From Dehalococcoidia bacterium (GTDB lineage Bacteria; Chloroflexota; Dehalococcoidia; Lucifugimonadales; UBA3495), in NCBI GenBank assembly GCA_030740155.1, contig JASLXV010000067.1:32001-96000 (forward strand): DNA of 64,000 nt. The letters are read 5' to 3'. A model generated the notes under the pieces. That model saw only the letters and a program-made list of their open reading frames with translations. It ran no database searches and was not told the DNA's origin. Position numbers and translations under genes: made by a program. Positions 48,418 to 58,760 of this stretch are shown piece after piece (positions within the stretch are counted from its first letter, which is position 1; each line of letters opens with the position of its first letter).

Positions 48418-49008
48418 CTACTTGCTGTTCAGCGCCTCGGGCATCTCTCGCAGGGCGGTCTGAACATTGCGCCGGGGCCGGACCCGCTGAGGCAGGGGGA
48501 TGTTCTCGACATAGGGTACGACCGCGAGGTGCACGAACACGGGCCCCTGGGAAGCCATTACCTCGTCGATCCCGGTGGTGAGGTCCTCCAGGTTGTCGAA
48601 GGAGAAGGTGGCCGCATAGCCGGCCGCCTTGGCCATCCCCTGCCAGTCCACCGTCTCCGAGCTGGGAGTTGGCTGGCCGCCGGTGATCGCATAAATATTG
48701 TTCGCGAACAGGAAATGGTACAGGTTCTTGGGCGCCTTGTTGGACAGGGTTACCAGGGTGCCCAGGTTCATCAGCAGGCTGCCGTCCCCGTCCAGCACCA
48801 TCACCTTCCGCTCGGGACGGGCGAGAGCCAGGCCCAGGGCAACGGAAGATGCCTTGCTCATGCAGCCCGACAGCGGGAAGTCCAGCTTTTCGTTGGAGGT
48901 CACGCTGGGCAGGCCGAGATGTGCATTGTTGGCGGTCATGGTGGAAACAATCGCGGCGTTATCGCGCTTGCTGTTAAGCACTCGAACGACATCGGCGTTC
49001 TCGATCAT
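48418..49008 (-). CDS. Sulfopyruvate/phosphonopyruvate decarboxylase-like beta subunit (ComE-like)
   Basis: LGLALARP, LDGDGSLLMNLG, FANNIYAITGGQP. Confidence 0.88.
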   Translation of the reverse strand: MIENADVVRVLNSKRDNAAIVSTMTANNAHLGLPSVTSNEKLDFPLSGCMSKASSVALGLALARPERKVMVLDGDGSLLMNLGTLVTLSNKAPKNLYHFLFANNIYAITGGQPTPSSETVDWQGMAKAAGYAATFSFDNLEDLTTGIDEVMASQGPVFVHLAVVPYVENIPLPQRVRPRRNVQTALREMPEALNSK

Positions 49009-49035
49009 AGTTTGTTGTCCTCTCTCCGGGTTGGT

Positions 49036-49542
49036 CTAGGCCCTGAACTCGCTGCCCATCAGCACTGCAACGGGTTTCTGGGTGCGCTCGGCTTCCTCCA
49101 GGGCGATGCTGATCCGGTCGGCGTCCTCGTCGGCCTCGACCAGGTAGTAGCTGATGCCCCAGGCGTGAAGAATGTGCTCGATAAAGCGGGCTGCCGAATC
49201 AGCGGTTAGGCCGTGGCGAGCCCAGCCGCGGTAGCCGACCAGCATCACCAGAGGCTGGTTGATGTCCAGGCCCAGTCCTCGGATGGAGTCACCGGACTCG
49301 AAGATTCCCGTGTTCTGGATGAGGACCACGGGCTTCTTGCCGCCTACCCACAGGCCGGCTGCGATGGCCATGGTTTCCCCTTCCCGGCACACCGGAACCA
49401 GGTCTAGCGTCGTGTCGTTGATCAGCATCTCGTACATGAAGTTGGTCTCGCTATCGGGAAGCCAAACAACGTGGGTGACGTCGTTCTTCTTCAGCTCGGC
49501 GATGATTGCGGGTGGATGTAGCGCTGCCTCTGGGGTAGTCAT
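49036..49542 (-). CDS. Sulfopyruvate decarboxylase-like alpha subunit (ComD-like)
   Basis: WLPDS, VCREGE, AAGLWVGG, IQNTG, LVGYRG; AAGGAG RBS before ATG 49542. Confidence 0.85.
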   Translation of the reverse strand: MTTPEAALHPPAIIAELKKNDVTHVVWLPDSETNFMYEMLINDTTLDLVPVCREGETMAIAAGLWVGGKKPVVLIQNTGIFESGDSIRGLGLDINQPLVMLVGYRGWARHGLTADSAARFIEHILHAWGISYYLVEADEDADRISIALEEAERTQKPVAVLMGSEFRA

Positions 49543-49692
49543 ATTGGCTCCTTCCTCAGGCTGTTCATATTCAGTCAAGCCGCCATATTATATTCAGGTA
49601 GTGGTTTCGGCGTCAATACAGGCGGATTCGTCGCCGGTTGCCACGCCCCCCAACAGCAACCGGAAATGGTCCAGGGCGCCATCCGGTTAGCC

Positions 49693-51078
49693 CTAGAACT
49701 CCGCGTTCTTTGGGGTCCTGGGGAAGGGTATCACGTCTCTGATGTTGGTGACGCCGGTGACGAACTGGACGGTCCGCTCGAAGCCCAGGCCAAACCCGGC
49801 GTGGGGCACCGTCCCGTAGCTGCGCAGGTCCAGGTACCAGGAGTAGTCTTTCTCGGAGAGCCCGGCTTCCAGCAACCGGCGGAGCAGCACGTCTCGCCGC
49901 TCTTCCCGCTGGCTGCCGCCGATGATCTCACCGATCCGGGGGACCAGAGTGTCCAGGGCCCGGACCGTCTTGCCATCGTCGCTCAGCCGCATGTAGAACG
50001 CCTTGATCTCCTTCGGGTAATCGGTAACGATGACCGGCCGGCCAATCTTTTTCTCGGTGAGGTAGCGCTCGTGCTCCGACTGGAGGTCCAGCCCCCATTC
50101 GACGGGAAACTCGAAGGTCTCCCCGGATCTCTGCAACAGCGCTACCGCCTCGGTGTAGGATAGCCTCTCGAAGCTGGAGTCGACGATGCCCTCCAGGGTG
50201 GAGATGGCGGTCTTGTCGTACCACTGGTTGAAGAACGCCATATCTTCGCCGCAGTGGTCCAACACGTATCTGAAGATGGATTTGAGGAAATCCTCGGCCA
50301 GCTCTGCCAGGCCGTCTAGGTCGCAGAACGCTACCTCCGGCTCCACCATCCAGAACTCGGCCAGGTGCCGGGAGGTGTTGGAGTTCTCGGCGCGAAACGT
50401 CGGTCCGAAGGTGTAGACGTCGCACAGGGCCAGGGCGAAGATCTCCGCCTCGAGCTGGCCGCTCACCGTCAAGAAGGCCGGTTTGCCGAAGAAGTCCTCC
50501 TGGTGGTCGATGAGCCCGTCCTTCCTGGGCAGGTTTTCCAGGTCCAGGGTGGTGACGCGGAACATGGACCCGGCGCCCTCGGCGTCGCTGGCGGTGATAA
50601 TGGGGGTCTGGATGAAGTTAAAGCCCCGGTCCTGGAAGAAGCCGTGGACGGCGACGGACATGGCGTTCCTGACCCGGGCCATGGCCCCGAAGGTGTTCGT
50701 CCTGGGGCGCAGGTGAGCGATCTCCCGGAGAAACTCAGGAGTGTGCCGCTTCTTCTGCAGTGGGTAGGTTTCGGAGTCGGCCGTACCTACGAGTTCAATC
50801 TCTTTCGCATGAATCTCGTACTTCTGGCCCTTTCCCGGCGAGTCGACCAGGGCGCCCGATACGCTGACGCTGCATCCGGTGGTGAGTGATTCCACCAGCG
50901 CAGGGCTGGGGAAGTTCTCGTCGGCCACTACCTGGATGTCCGTCAGCGTGGACCCGTCGCTGATCTGAATAAAGGATACGGTCTTCGAGGAGCGCCTGGT
51001 TTTCACCCAGCCTTGGACCAGGACCTCGCCCCCCGCTTGCTCACGTTTGAGGATGTCTTTGATTTTGCTGCGGCGCAT
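49693..51078 (-). CDS. asnS: Asparagine--tRNA ligase
   Basis: [59 protein letters not shown]. Confidence 0.97.
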   Translation of the reverse strand: MRRSKIKDILKREQAGGEVLVQGWVKTRRSSKTVSFIQISDGSTLTDIQVVADENFPSPALVESLTTGCSVSVSGALVDSPGKGQKYEIHAKEIELVGTADSETYPLQKKRHTPEFLREIAHLRPRTNTFGAMARVRNAMSVAVHGFFQDRGFNFIQTPIITASDAEGAGSMFRVTTLDLENLPRKDGLIDHQEDFFGKPAFLTVSGQLEAEIFALALCDVYTFGPTFRAENSNTSRHLAEFWMVEPEVAFCDLDGLAELAEDFLKSIFRYVLDHCGEDMAFFNQWYDKTAISTLEGIVDSSFERLSYTEAVALLQRSGETFEFPVEWGLDLQSEHERYLTEKKIGRPVIVTDYPKEIKAFYMRLSDDGKTVRALDTLVPRIGEIIGGSQREERRDVLLRRLLEAGLSEKDYSWYLDLRSYGTVPHAGFGLGFERTVQFVTGVTNIRDVIPFPRTPKNAEF

Positions 51079-51203
51079 CGGTTTCCTCCCGTTGCCTCCC
51101 ATTCTAGCAGCGGAGGTAGCCCCGTCCAACCCTCGCGGGTTCACCAGACTCAACATGAGCTGCAGCCCGAGCAATAATGCAACATGAATCGGAAATTGAG
51201 GGG

Positions 51204-51286
51204 GTGACCCCCACTCTAATCTTCCCATTTGCAAGGGGAAGAGGGCTGTTCCTTCCCCTTACGAAGAGGGAGGCCGGGATGGGGTT
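51204..51286. repeat. REP-like element (CCCCACTCTAATCTTCCC...GGGAGGCCGGGATGGGG)
   Basis: Imperfect inverted arms with internal CCCTT/AAGGG hairpins. Confidence 0.5.
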
Positions 51287-51407
51287 CCACGCCGGGGGTC
51301 GAAACACCTTGGGAACGGTGCTCGCTGGCCGGGAGAGGGCGCCGGCAGGCCGCCGGTGTTGCGGGACAGCTACCTCTATCGGCCCGGGGCTGGAGGTGGG
51401 GAGACGA

Positions 51408-51746
51408 CTAGCCGGTCAAGGCCGGCTGGGTCTCCACGCTGTCCCACTCATCGGCCCAGCGTTGAATGGCTTCCACCACCTTTCTCAACGCCGCGCCTTT
51501 GGCGGTCAGGGTGTACTCCACGGCCACCGGGCGCTGGGCGTACACCCTTCTCCTTACTATTCCCGCCTCTTCCAGCTCCTGTAGCCGCAGTGAGAGCAGG
51601 CGGTCGCTGAGCCCGCCGATGTAGCAGGATATATCGGTGAAGCGGCGGGCATCTCCCAGTAGACAGCGCAGGATCAGGCAGGTCCACTTCTTGCCAAGGA
51701 TCTCCATGGCGCGGCCATAGCGAGGGCACGGGTCCCAAGGGTTCAT
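51408..51746 (-). CDS. HxlR-family winged-helix transcriptional regulator
   Basis: CP...ILGKKW, LS.RLQELEEAG, VEYTLTAKG. Confidence 0.92.
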   Translation of the reverse strand: MNPWDPCPRYGRAMEILGKKWTCLILRCLLGDARRFTDISCYIGGLSDRLLSLRLQELEEAGIVRRRVYAQRPVAVEYTLTAKGAALRKVVEAIQRWADEWDSVETQPALTG

Positions 51747-51780
51747 CGAAGTCCCCTCCGTGGTCGGCTCGTTTGGAATA

Positions 51781-51830
51781 TTCTAACTAGAAATTAGTAG
51801 CTTGACAACCTATAGCGGTAGTGCTAATCT
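51781..51830 (+). promoter_or_regulatory. Divergent promoter plus palindromic operator candidates
   Basis: TTGACA-17bp-TAATCT (51802-51830); palindromes TTCTA-AC-TAGAA and ACTA-GAAAT-TAGT. Confidence 0.55.
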
Positions 51831-52031
51831 TTAGTAAGTTAATTGACAAATATTGGCGGCAAGCATTTAGGAAGCCTGGCGCTCAAGCAAGGGACCCGGA
51901 AACGGAATATTTTCTACCACCGAGTTCAATGTACCGGATAGTCCGGCAACGGGTGCGAGCCCTCTGCCTCTCAGACGGAGTCTCAGGTCTAATTGAATTC
52001 GATGGCAAATTTGGCGGGAGTAAACAGGATT

Positions 52032-52289
52032 ATGGCGACACGAGCAATACAAAGAACAGCACCGGCAGCTGGGAATATAGAGCGCTCAAGAATCGAAACG
52101 CTGCGGACGGCCGGAGCGTCGGAAACTCGCGACCCAGGCCGCATTGGCAACTTGGGGCACCGGATCTGGGCGATGTCTTTTCAGTTGGGTCTCACCGGGC
52201 CTTCGCGCCCGGCATACCAAGATTCCACGGCGCTTTCCGTGAGAGACAAAGCGCTCATGGATTCTCTGAGAAAGGGATACACTCTCTAG
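52032..52289 (+). CDS. Small hypothetical protein (85 aa)
   Basis: AGGA RBS, downstream of a near-consensus promoter, fills the gap before convergent gatA. Confidence 0.45.
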   Translation: MATRAIQRTAPAAGNIERSRIETLRTAGASETRDPGRIGNLGHRIWAMSFQLGLTGPSRPAYQDSTALSVRDKALMDSLRKGYTL

Positions 52290-52319
52290 TCCGCCACTTC
52301 TGAGGGCGTTACCGGAAGT

Positions 52320-53819
52320 CTAAAGCTTCGGGGTGGCCTGGTGCCACTCCGAGGCCTGCTCGTAGGCGTGAGCCACCCGCAGCAGGGTTTCCTCTGACAG
52401 GTGCGGCCCGATGAGTTGCATCCCCACCGGGAGTCCCTCGTCGAAGCCGCACGGCACGGATATTGCGGGCAGGCCGGCGATGTTGGCCGGCATAGTACAC
52501 ACGTCGATCAGGTACATCTGAACCGGGTCGTCGGTCCGTTCCCCCAGTTGAAAAGCCACCACGGGCGACGTGGGAGTTACCAACGCGTCTACCTGTTGGA
52601 AGACCCGTTGGAAGTCCTGCCGGATCAGCGTCCGTACCTGTTGGGCCTTCAAATAATAGGCGTCGTAGTAACCGGCGGAGAGGGCGTAGGTGCCCAGCAT
52701 GATCCGGCGCCGGACTTCGGGGCCGAAGCCGTGCTGGCGGGTCCCCTCCATGTCCGCCCACATGCTCTCCCCGCCCCGGTACGCGTAACCGTACTTGACC
52801 CCGTCGTAGCGGGCCAAGTTGGCCGAGCACTCGGATGGGGCGATGATGTAGTAGCAGGCCAGGGCGTATTTTGTGGTGGGCAGAGAAACCGGCTCGACGG
52901 TTGCCCCCAAACCCTCCAGGGTTTTGATGGCGTTCTGCACCGCTTTTCGAGTCCCCTCTTCCATCCCATCAACGAAGTACTCTTCCGGGACCCCCAGGCG
53001 TAGCTTCCCCTTTTGCCCTTCCCGGGGGAGGGAGGATGAAGGCAGATCTCCGGTCAGCCTGGCGGCGTAATCCTTCGTCGCCACGGGTAGCGAGGTGGAG
53101 TCTCTGGAGTCGTGGCCCACGATGGCGTTCAACACCAAGGCGCAGTCGGTAACGTCCCGGGTCAGAGGCCCGATCTGGTCTAGCGATGAAGCGAAGGCGA
53201 TCAGCCCATAGCGGCTGACCAGTCCGTAGGTGGGCTTCAACCCGACCACCCCGCAGAGGGATGCGGGCTGGCGGACGCTCCCGCCGGTGTCCGAGCCGAG
53301 GGCCAAGATTGACTCCCCCGCCGCCACCGCCGCCGCGCCGCCGCCGCTGCTGCCCCCGGGCACCCGGCCCAGGTCCCACGGGTTGTGGGTGGCGAAGAAG
53401 GCCGAGTTCTCTGTCGAAGACCCCATGGCAAACTCGTCCATGTTGCCCTTGCCCAGCAACACGGCGCCCTGGCCGAACAGCCTGCTAACCGCGGTGGCGT
53501 TGTAGACCGGAACGTAGTTCTGAAGCATTCGGGACGCGCAGGTGGTCCGGACCCCTTTGGTGCACATCACGTCTTTGATTTGCACCGGTATCCCGGTCAG
53601 CGGGCCGGATTCGCCGGCCGCAATGCGCCGGTCGGCCTCCTCGGCCTGTTGCAGCGCCACCTCCGGCGTGACCGTAACGAAGGCCTTGACCCGGTCTTCC
53701 ACATTTTCAATCCGGTCCAGGCAGGCGCGGGTCAACTCCACGGAGCTGATCTCTTTTCGGTCCAGCCGCAGGCGGGCCTCGTGAGCGCTAAGGTACTCCC
53801 AATCGGCCAACGGTCTCAC
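52320..53819 (-). CDS. gatA: Asp/Glu-tRNA amidotransferase subunit A
   Basis: [44 protein letters not shown]. Confidence 0.97.
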   Translation of the reverse strand: MRPLADWEYLSAHEARLRLDRKEISSVELTRACLDRIENVEDRVKAFVTVTPEVALQQAEEADRRIAAGESGPLTGIPVQIKDVMCTKGVRTTCASRMLQNYVPVYNATAVSRLFGQGAVLLGKGNMDEFAMGSSTENSAFFATHNPWDLGRVPGGSSGGGAAAVAAGESILALGSDTGGSVRQPASLCGVVGLKPTYGLVSRYGLIAFASSLDQIGPLTRDVTDCALVLNAIVGHDSRDSTSLPVATKDYAARLTGDLPSSSLPREGQKGKLRLGVPEEYFVDGMEEGTRKAVQNAIKTLEGLGATVEPVSLPTTKYALACYYIIAPSECSANLARYDGVKYGYAYRGGESMWADMEGTRQHGFGPEVRRRIMLGTYALSAGYYDAYYLKAQQVRTLIRQDFQRVFQQVDALVTPTSPVVAFQLGERTDDPVQMYLIDVCTMPANIAGLPAISVPCGFDEGLPVGMQLIGPHLSEETLLRVAHAYEQASEWHQATPKL

Positions 53820-54106
53820 TCCTCCAGCACCGCTTTTACCCGGAAAAACTCCCCTTCCCGCTGGGGCGCGTTGCTCAGTACCTCTTCCGGGTCCAGGGAG
53901 TCGCCGGGGATGTCGTCCCGCATCACCGCCCGGAGCTGAACCGCGTGGCCGGTGGGGTCTACGCCGGCGGTGTCCAGGTCGCGGAGCACTTCAAACTGCT
54001 CCAGTATGTGGGAGAGCTGCTCCCGAAACGTCTCGACCTCGGCTTCGGTGAGCCCGATTCGGGCCAGGATGGCGATGTGCTCCACATCAGAGCGGTCTAG
54101 GGCCAC
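53816..54106 (-). CDS. gatC: Asp/Glu-tRNA amidotransferase subunit C
   Basis: [30 protein letters not shown] before GTG 54106. Confidence 0.93.
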   Translation of the reverse strand: MALDRSDVEHIAILARIGLTEAEVETFREQLSHILEQFEVLRDLDTAGVDPTGHAVQLRAVMRDDIPGDSLDPEEVLSNAPQREGEFFRVKAVLEE

Positions 54107-54145
54107 GGCAAGGCCTCCAATACTCTTCCCGGCCGGACTTTTGCA

Positions 54146-54297
54146 CTCAGTCAACCCGATCCTTGCGTCATGTCACTCTGAGCAGCCGAGCGACGAAGGG
54201 TCTCAGCGCGGCGACGAGATTCTTCGCGGAGTTGATCCTGAGTGAAGCCGAAGGGCTCAGAATGACAATCAATGGTATTTAGCTGACCAGGTACTGG
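54146..54297. mobile_element. MITE-like element carrying REP family B (core 54171-54267)
   Basis: Left end CTCAGTCAACC as in the 10212-10345 element; right end GCTGACCAGGTACTGG resembles GTTGACTGAGTACTAG. Confidence 0.55.
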
Positions 54298-54575
54298 TTC
54301 TTCCCGGGAAGGGGGTCCCTCGCTCCGCCTTCGGCGGATGGGCGTCCTGAGCCCTTTGCCGCCCGGGTTCAGGGTGCGCTCGCCAGTATAGCTTCGCGCG
54401 GCCGGGAATGCCACCCCTCGGCCGTTGCCAGCAGCGTCCGAGCGCGTCGAGGCGGGCTGGAGGTCTGCTGGCTCGTGAATTGCGAATGCTGTATTATGAG
54501 GCTCTGAATAAGTGCGGCCGGCGGAACCCGGCCGTTGAATAACGATACCGGGTAAACGATAATCCTCGATTCAGG

Positions 54576-55916
54576 GTGAATCCTCTGCTCAAAGCTGCGC
54601 TCGAATGGCGGCTCAAGACGCCCTTCTTCTATGGGTGGTTGATCCTGGGCATCTGCTTCCTGGCTACCTTCGCCGCCACCGGGGTATCGCAGGTGGTGCT
54701 GGGCGGGATCCAGATCTTCGTCACCGAGGACACGGGCTGGAAAAAGAGCACCATATCATTGGCGGTGACCGCCGGCACCTGGAGTTCCGGGCTGCTGTCA
54801 CCGTTAATCGGGCGGCTCGCTGACCGCCACGGCCCCCGCTGGCTGATGCCGGTGGGGATCATCGTTGCCGCGGTGGCTTTTTTCTCCCTGGCCGGCGTCG
54901 ACGCCCTGTGGCAATTCTTCGCGGCCTACATTTTGGGACGCGCCGTTAGCAACCCGGTGCTCATCGGCCTGGTGCCCCGCACGGTGGCCGTCAACTTTTT
55001 CCGCCGCCGGCGCAACATAGTCCTGGCCCTGGTCACCTCTTACCGGCCTATCACCGGCGCGTTCAACATCCAGATATTCTCGTTTATCGCCATTCGGTAC
55101 GGTTGGCGGGCCGCCTATCGCTACATGGGGATCCTCTCCCTAGTGCTGGTGACTCCCATTGTCCTGTTCATGCGGCGGCGGCCCGAAGATATTGGACTGC
55201 TCCCCGATGGAGACAAGCCGAACGAGTCTACGCGGGCCGGGCCGGGGGCCCTGCGCCGGGCCGGGGGCGGGCGTCGTAGCCCTGCCGGCGAGGCCGAATT
55301 CAGCTGGACTGCTCCCGAAGCATTGCGCAGCAAGGCATTCTGGATGGTTGTCATGACCGCGGTCACCGGCACCCTGGCTTCCGGTTCGGTGGGGTTCAGC
55401 CTGGTCCCCTATCTTTACGAAGACGCGGGGCTTTCCAAGGGAATGGCTGCCGGAGTCCTTAGCATTGGAACCTTCCTGGCCATTGGGAACCTGGGTTGGG
55501 GTTACCTGGCCGACATCTACACTCCCCGCCGTTGCCTGATGGTGACGATGACCGGCGCCGGAGTTTCCGTTCTCTATCTGATTACAGTAGGTTCGTTGCC
55601 CATGGCCCTGGTCTTTGCCCTGGCTTTCGGGATTTCTTCGGGACCGGCCACGCCATTGGAGAACATGATGCTGGCCCAATACTTCGGCCGGAACTCCTAC
55701 GGCACTATCTCGGGCATCTATACTCCCTTCCAGACCATAATGCTGGGTCTTGGGCCTTCCTTCGCCTCGGTGCTCCGAGAGATAACGGGTGGCTACGAGA
55801 CCCTGTACGTGATCGCAGCCGTCCTCTATTTCCTCTCCGCGATTTTCGTTATCCTAGCCAGGCCGCCGGCCTTGCCGGCCCGGGCGCTCGCCGAATCGAC
55901 CGTCCAAGCAGAGTGA
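54576..55916 (+). CDS. MFS transporter
   Basis: FFYGW, GRLADRHGPR, RRRPEDIGLLPDG, YFGRNSYGTISG. Confidence 0.88.
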   Translation: MNPLLKAALEWRLKTPFFYGWLILGICFLATFAATGVSQVVLGGIQIFVTEDTGWKKSTISLAVTAGTWSSGLLSPLIGRLADRHGPRWLMPVGIIVAAVAFFSLAGVDALWQFFAAYILGRAVSNPVLIGLVPRTVAVNFFRRRRNIVLALVTSYRPITGAFNIQIFSFIAIRYGWRAAYRYMGILSLVLVTPIVLFMRRRPEDIGLLPDGDKPNESTRAGPGALRRAGGGRRSPAGEAEFSWTAPEALRSKAFWMVVMTAVTGTLASGSVGFSLVPYLYEDAGLSKGMAAGVLSIGTFLAIGNLGWGYLADIYTPRRCLMVTMTGAGVSVLYLITVGSLPMALVFALAFGISSGPATPLENMMLAQYFGRNSYGTISGIYTPFQTIMLGLGPSFASVLREITGGYETLYVIAAVLYFLSAIFVILARPPALPARALAESTVQAE

Positions 55917-55944
55917 ACTTCGAAGTTCCCCCGAGGCAGTACGG

Positions 55945-56793
55945 TCAGCTCATTTCGGTGCCGCCGGAGACGCTGATGGACAACCCGGTGAGGTAGTCCG
56001 CCTCGCTGGAAGCCAGAAAGGCCGCCATCTTGGCGATGTCGCCTCCGACGGCTACCCTGCCCATGGGCGTGGTCCCCGCCCGCTCCGCGACCATGCTGAC
56101 CCGGTACTCTTCGGCCGACTCGCCCTCGGGCGCCAGGGCGGCCGCGATGCCGTCGGCCCGCTCGGTATCCACCAGGCCCGGGCAAATGGCGTTCACGTTG
56201 ATGCGATGGGAACCCAGTTCATGGGCCAGCGATTGGGTGAAGCCGATGAGGGCGAACTTGGAGGCGCAGTAGGCGGCGAAGCGGGCCCGTCCCCGTTTGC
56301 CCGCACCGGAAGAGATAACGATGATCTTGCCGCCGCCACCCCGCTGGATCATGTGACGGGCCACCGCCTTGCAGCACAGGTAGGTGCCCCGGACGTTAAC
56401 CCGCATCACCTCGTCGAAGGCGTCGTCCTCCAGGTCGACCACCAATACCCGGTCCCGGTGCGGAGGCGCCCCCGCGTTGTTCACCAGAATATCGATGTGG
56501 CCGAACCGGTCCAGGGTGCGGCTGACCATGTCGGCCACCTGGGCCGAGTCGGAGACATCGGAAACCAGCCCCAGAGCTTGGCGTCCCAAGGCCTCGATCT
56601 CCCCCTCGAGGGTGGGCAAGCCCTCCCACCCGGCCTGGCGGTCTTCAGCCCGGATTGAGTCTGGTCCTCGCTGAATGTCGGTCACCACCACGTCGGCCCC
56701 TTCCCGGGCCAGCCGGAGGGCGATGGCCCGGCCGATTCCGTGCCGTCCCCCGGCGCCGGTTACAATCGCTACCTTGCCGCTCAGATCGTACAT
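55945..56793 (-). CDS. SDR family oxidoreductase
   Basis: VTGAGG..GIG, NNAG, YCASK, NAICPG. Confidence 0.92.
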   Translation of the reverse strand: MYDLSGKVAIVTGAGGRHGIGRAIALRLAREGADVVVTDIQRGPDSIRAEDRQAGWEGLPTLEGEIEALGRQALGLVSDVSDSAQVADMVSRTLDRFGHIDILVNNAGAPPHRDRVLVVDLEDDAFDEVMRVNVRGTYLCCKAVARHMIQRGGGGKIIVISSGAGKRGRARFAAYCASKFALIGFTQSLAHELGSHRINVNAICPGLVDTERADGIAAALAPEGESAEEYRVSMVAERAGTTPMGRVAVGGDIAKMAAFLASSEADYLTGLSISVSGGTEMS

Positions 56794-56966
56794 ATTTTCT
56801 CTCACCCCTTTGCGCTGGCGTTTCGTGCATCACGTTCGCTCTCCCCGGCCTTTGGACAACATTGGCCTCCCGGGTCCGTCACGCCACGATGCCATCTCCC
56901 ACGACGCCGTTTCAATAAGTAGGTTCCCATCATCCAGCGCCATGCCGGCCGGCGCCGGACCGGGGC

Positions 56967-57845
56967 CTAGCCTGACGCCTGCCCCGCTGCTTCTTCGCTG
57001 GGCGTGAGGGAAGGGCGCCTCCGCCAGACCAAGCCCATGCTGGGGGAGAACAGCAGGGTCAGCAAGAACAACCCGGTGGCCACCACGACGATGCTGGGCC
57101 CGGAGGGAAGGTCTAAATGGAAAGACAGGTACAGGCCGAGGATGGTGGCCAGGATGCCGGCGGCGACGCTCAAGGCGATGATGCCGGGGAGCCGCCGGGC
57201 CAGCAGCATGGCGGTGGCCGGAGGCGTGACCAGGAGGGCCAGGACCAGGATGATGCCCACCGCCTTGAGGGAGGCCACCGTGGTGACGCCCACCAGGACC
57301 GGCAGCAGGTATTGCACGAAGCGCACCGGCACCCCCGAGGCCGCCGACATGGTGGCGTCGTAAGAGGTGAACAGCAGCTCTTTGTAGAAGGCCAGCACCA
57401 GGAGCAGGACACCGCCGGTGATGCCGCCGATCAGGGCCACCTCGTTCCAAGAAACCCCCAAGACGTTGCCGAAGAGCAGGCCGAACAGGTCGGCCGTGTA
57501 ATTGTTGACCCGGCTCATCAGGATGATTCCCACGGCGAACCCGCCGGCGAAGATAATCCCAATGGAAGCGTCGAGGCGCAGGTTGGTCCGCCGGCTGATC
57601 CCGGTCATGGCCAGCGAAGCCGGCACGGCCCAGGCCAGCGCGCCCCAAAAGACGTTTCCGCCGAACAGATAGGCCACCGACATGCCGGCCAGAGACGAGT
57701 GGGCCACCGCGTCACCCATGAAGGTCATCCCCTTCAGCACCACGAAGGTGCCCACCACGGCACATACCACCGCGGCGAACCCGGCGGCCAAAAAGGCGCG
57801 CTGCATGAACGCGAACTCCAGGGGATCAGTCAACCCATCGATCAT
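56967..57845 (-). CDS. znuB: Zn/Mn ABC transporter permease
   Basis: GDAVAHSSLAG, DASIGI, LFGNVL, VGIILV. Confidence 0.88.
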   Translation of the reverse strand: MIDGLTDPLEFAFMQRAFLAAGFAAVVCAVVGTFVVLKGMTFMGDAVAHSSLAGMSVAYLFGGNVFWGALAWAVPASLAMTGISRRTNLRLDASIGIIFAGGFAVGIILMSRVNNYTADLFGLLFGNVLGVSWNEVALIGGITGGVLLLVLAFYKELLFTSYDATMSAASGVPVRFVQYLLPVLVGVTTVASLKAVGIILVLALLVTPPATAMLLARRLPGIIALSVAAGILATILGLYLSFHLDLPSGPSIVVVATGLFLLTLLFSPSMGLVWRRRPSLTPSEEAAGQASG

Positions 57846-57863
57846 CGCTTGCTATTCCCAAAT

Positions 57864-58736
57864 CTATTCCTCGTGCTGGTGGTGGTCGTAGGCGTAGGCC
57901 TTGCCGTCCATGTGGACCAGTAAGAGGTGGGTGCCAAAGGTCTCGCTCAGCACCTTTTCGTTCAGAATGTCCGCCGGGGCGCCAAAGGCAATCAGCCTTT
58001 GGTTGAGGCAGACCGCCTTGGCGCACCGGCTCGACACGCAGGAAAGGTCGTGGGTGCTAAAGACGACGGTCGTCCCTTCGCCGCGCAACTCGTCGACTAT
58101 GTCCAGGAACCGGTGTTGCGCGGTGGCGTCCAAGCCCGCCACCGGCTCGTCCAGCAGCAGCAGGGCCGGGGCGTTTGCCAGCGCCCGGGCCAGGAGCACC
58201 CGCCGGCGCTGCCCGCCGGAAAGCTCCCCGATTAGCCGCTGCCGCAAATCGTGCATTCCCACCTTTTCCAGGGCCCTTTCGGCCGCGTCCCGGTCTTCAC
58301 CCGTGGTGCGGCGCAAGAGGCCCCGGCGGCCGTACCGGCCCATCAGCGCTACATCGCCCACGGTCACCGGAAAGTCCCAGTCCACCAACTCCACCTGGGG
58401 CATGTACCCCATCCGGCGCCGTTGGACGATGGACGACTGGCCCAGCACCAGCACCTGGCCGCGCCAGGGCTTGACCAGGCCGAGGACCGCTTTCAGCAGC
58501 GTGGACTTTCCGGAACCGTTGGGTCCGATTATTCCCACGGCGTCGCCCTGGGCAACTTCGAAAGAGATATCCTCCAGGGCCGGGTGATGGTTATATCCGG
58601 CCCAGAGCCCCCGGATCTCCAGGGCCATGGCGGATTCCACTGGCCGTTCCGAACAGGCGGTCACGGCCGCGCTACGCTCGCCGCCCGGCACCGTGGCCGG
58701 GCTCTGATCTCTTGTTTGGCTCATTGGATGGCCCAT
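57864..58736 (-). CDS. znuC: Zn/Mn ABC transporter ATPase
   Basis: GPNGSGKST, GYMPQ..VDWDFP, LSGGQRRR, LLDEP, His-rich tail. Confidence 0.88.
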   Translation of the reverse strand: MGHPMSQTRDQSPATVPGGERSAAVTACSERPVESAMALEIRGLWAGYNHHPALEDISFEVAQGDAVGIIGPNGSGKSTLLKAVLGLVKPWRGQVLVLGQSSIVQRRRMGYMPQVELVDWDFPVTVGDVALMGRYGRRGLLRRTTGEDRDAAERALEKVGMHDLRQRLIGELSGGQRRRVLLARALANAPALLLLDEPVAGLDATAQHRFLDIVDELRGEGTTVVFSTHDLSCVSSRCAKAVCLNQRLIAFGAPADILNEKVLSETFGTHLLLVHMDGKAYAYDHHQHEE

Positions 58737-58760
58737 CTCCTGTACCGGCGGGTGCCGCCC

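Noticed and set aside
51835..52030. SAM- or glycine-riboswitch-like fragments (CGGCAAC..GGTGC, TCTCAGG)
   Set aside because: Remaining conserved core elements not found and the downstream gene gives no support
51821..52303. 160-aa plus-strand ORF
   Set aside because: Starts inside the predicted -10 element; the 52032-52289 frame with an RBS fits better
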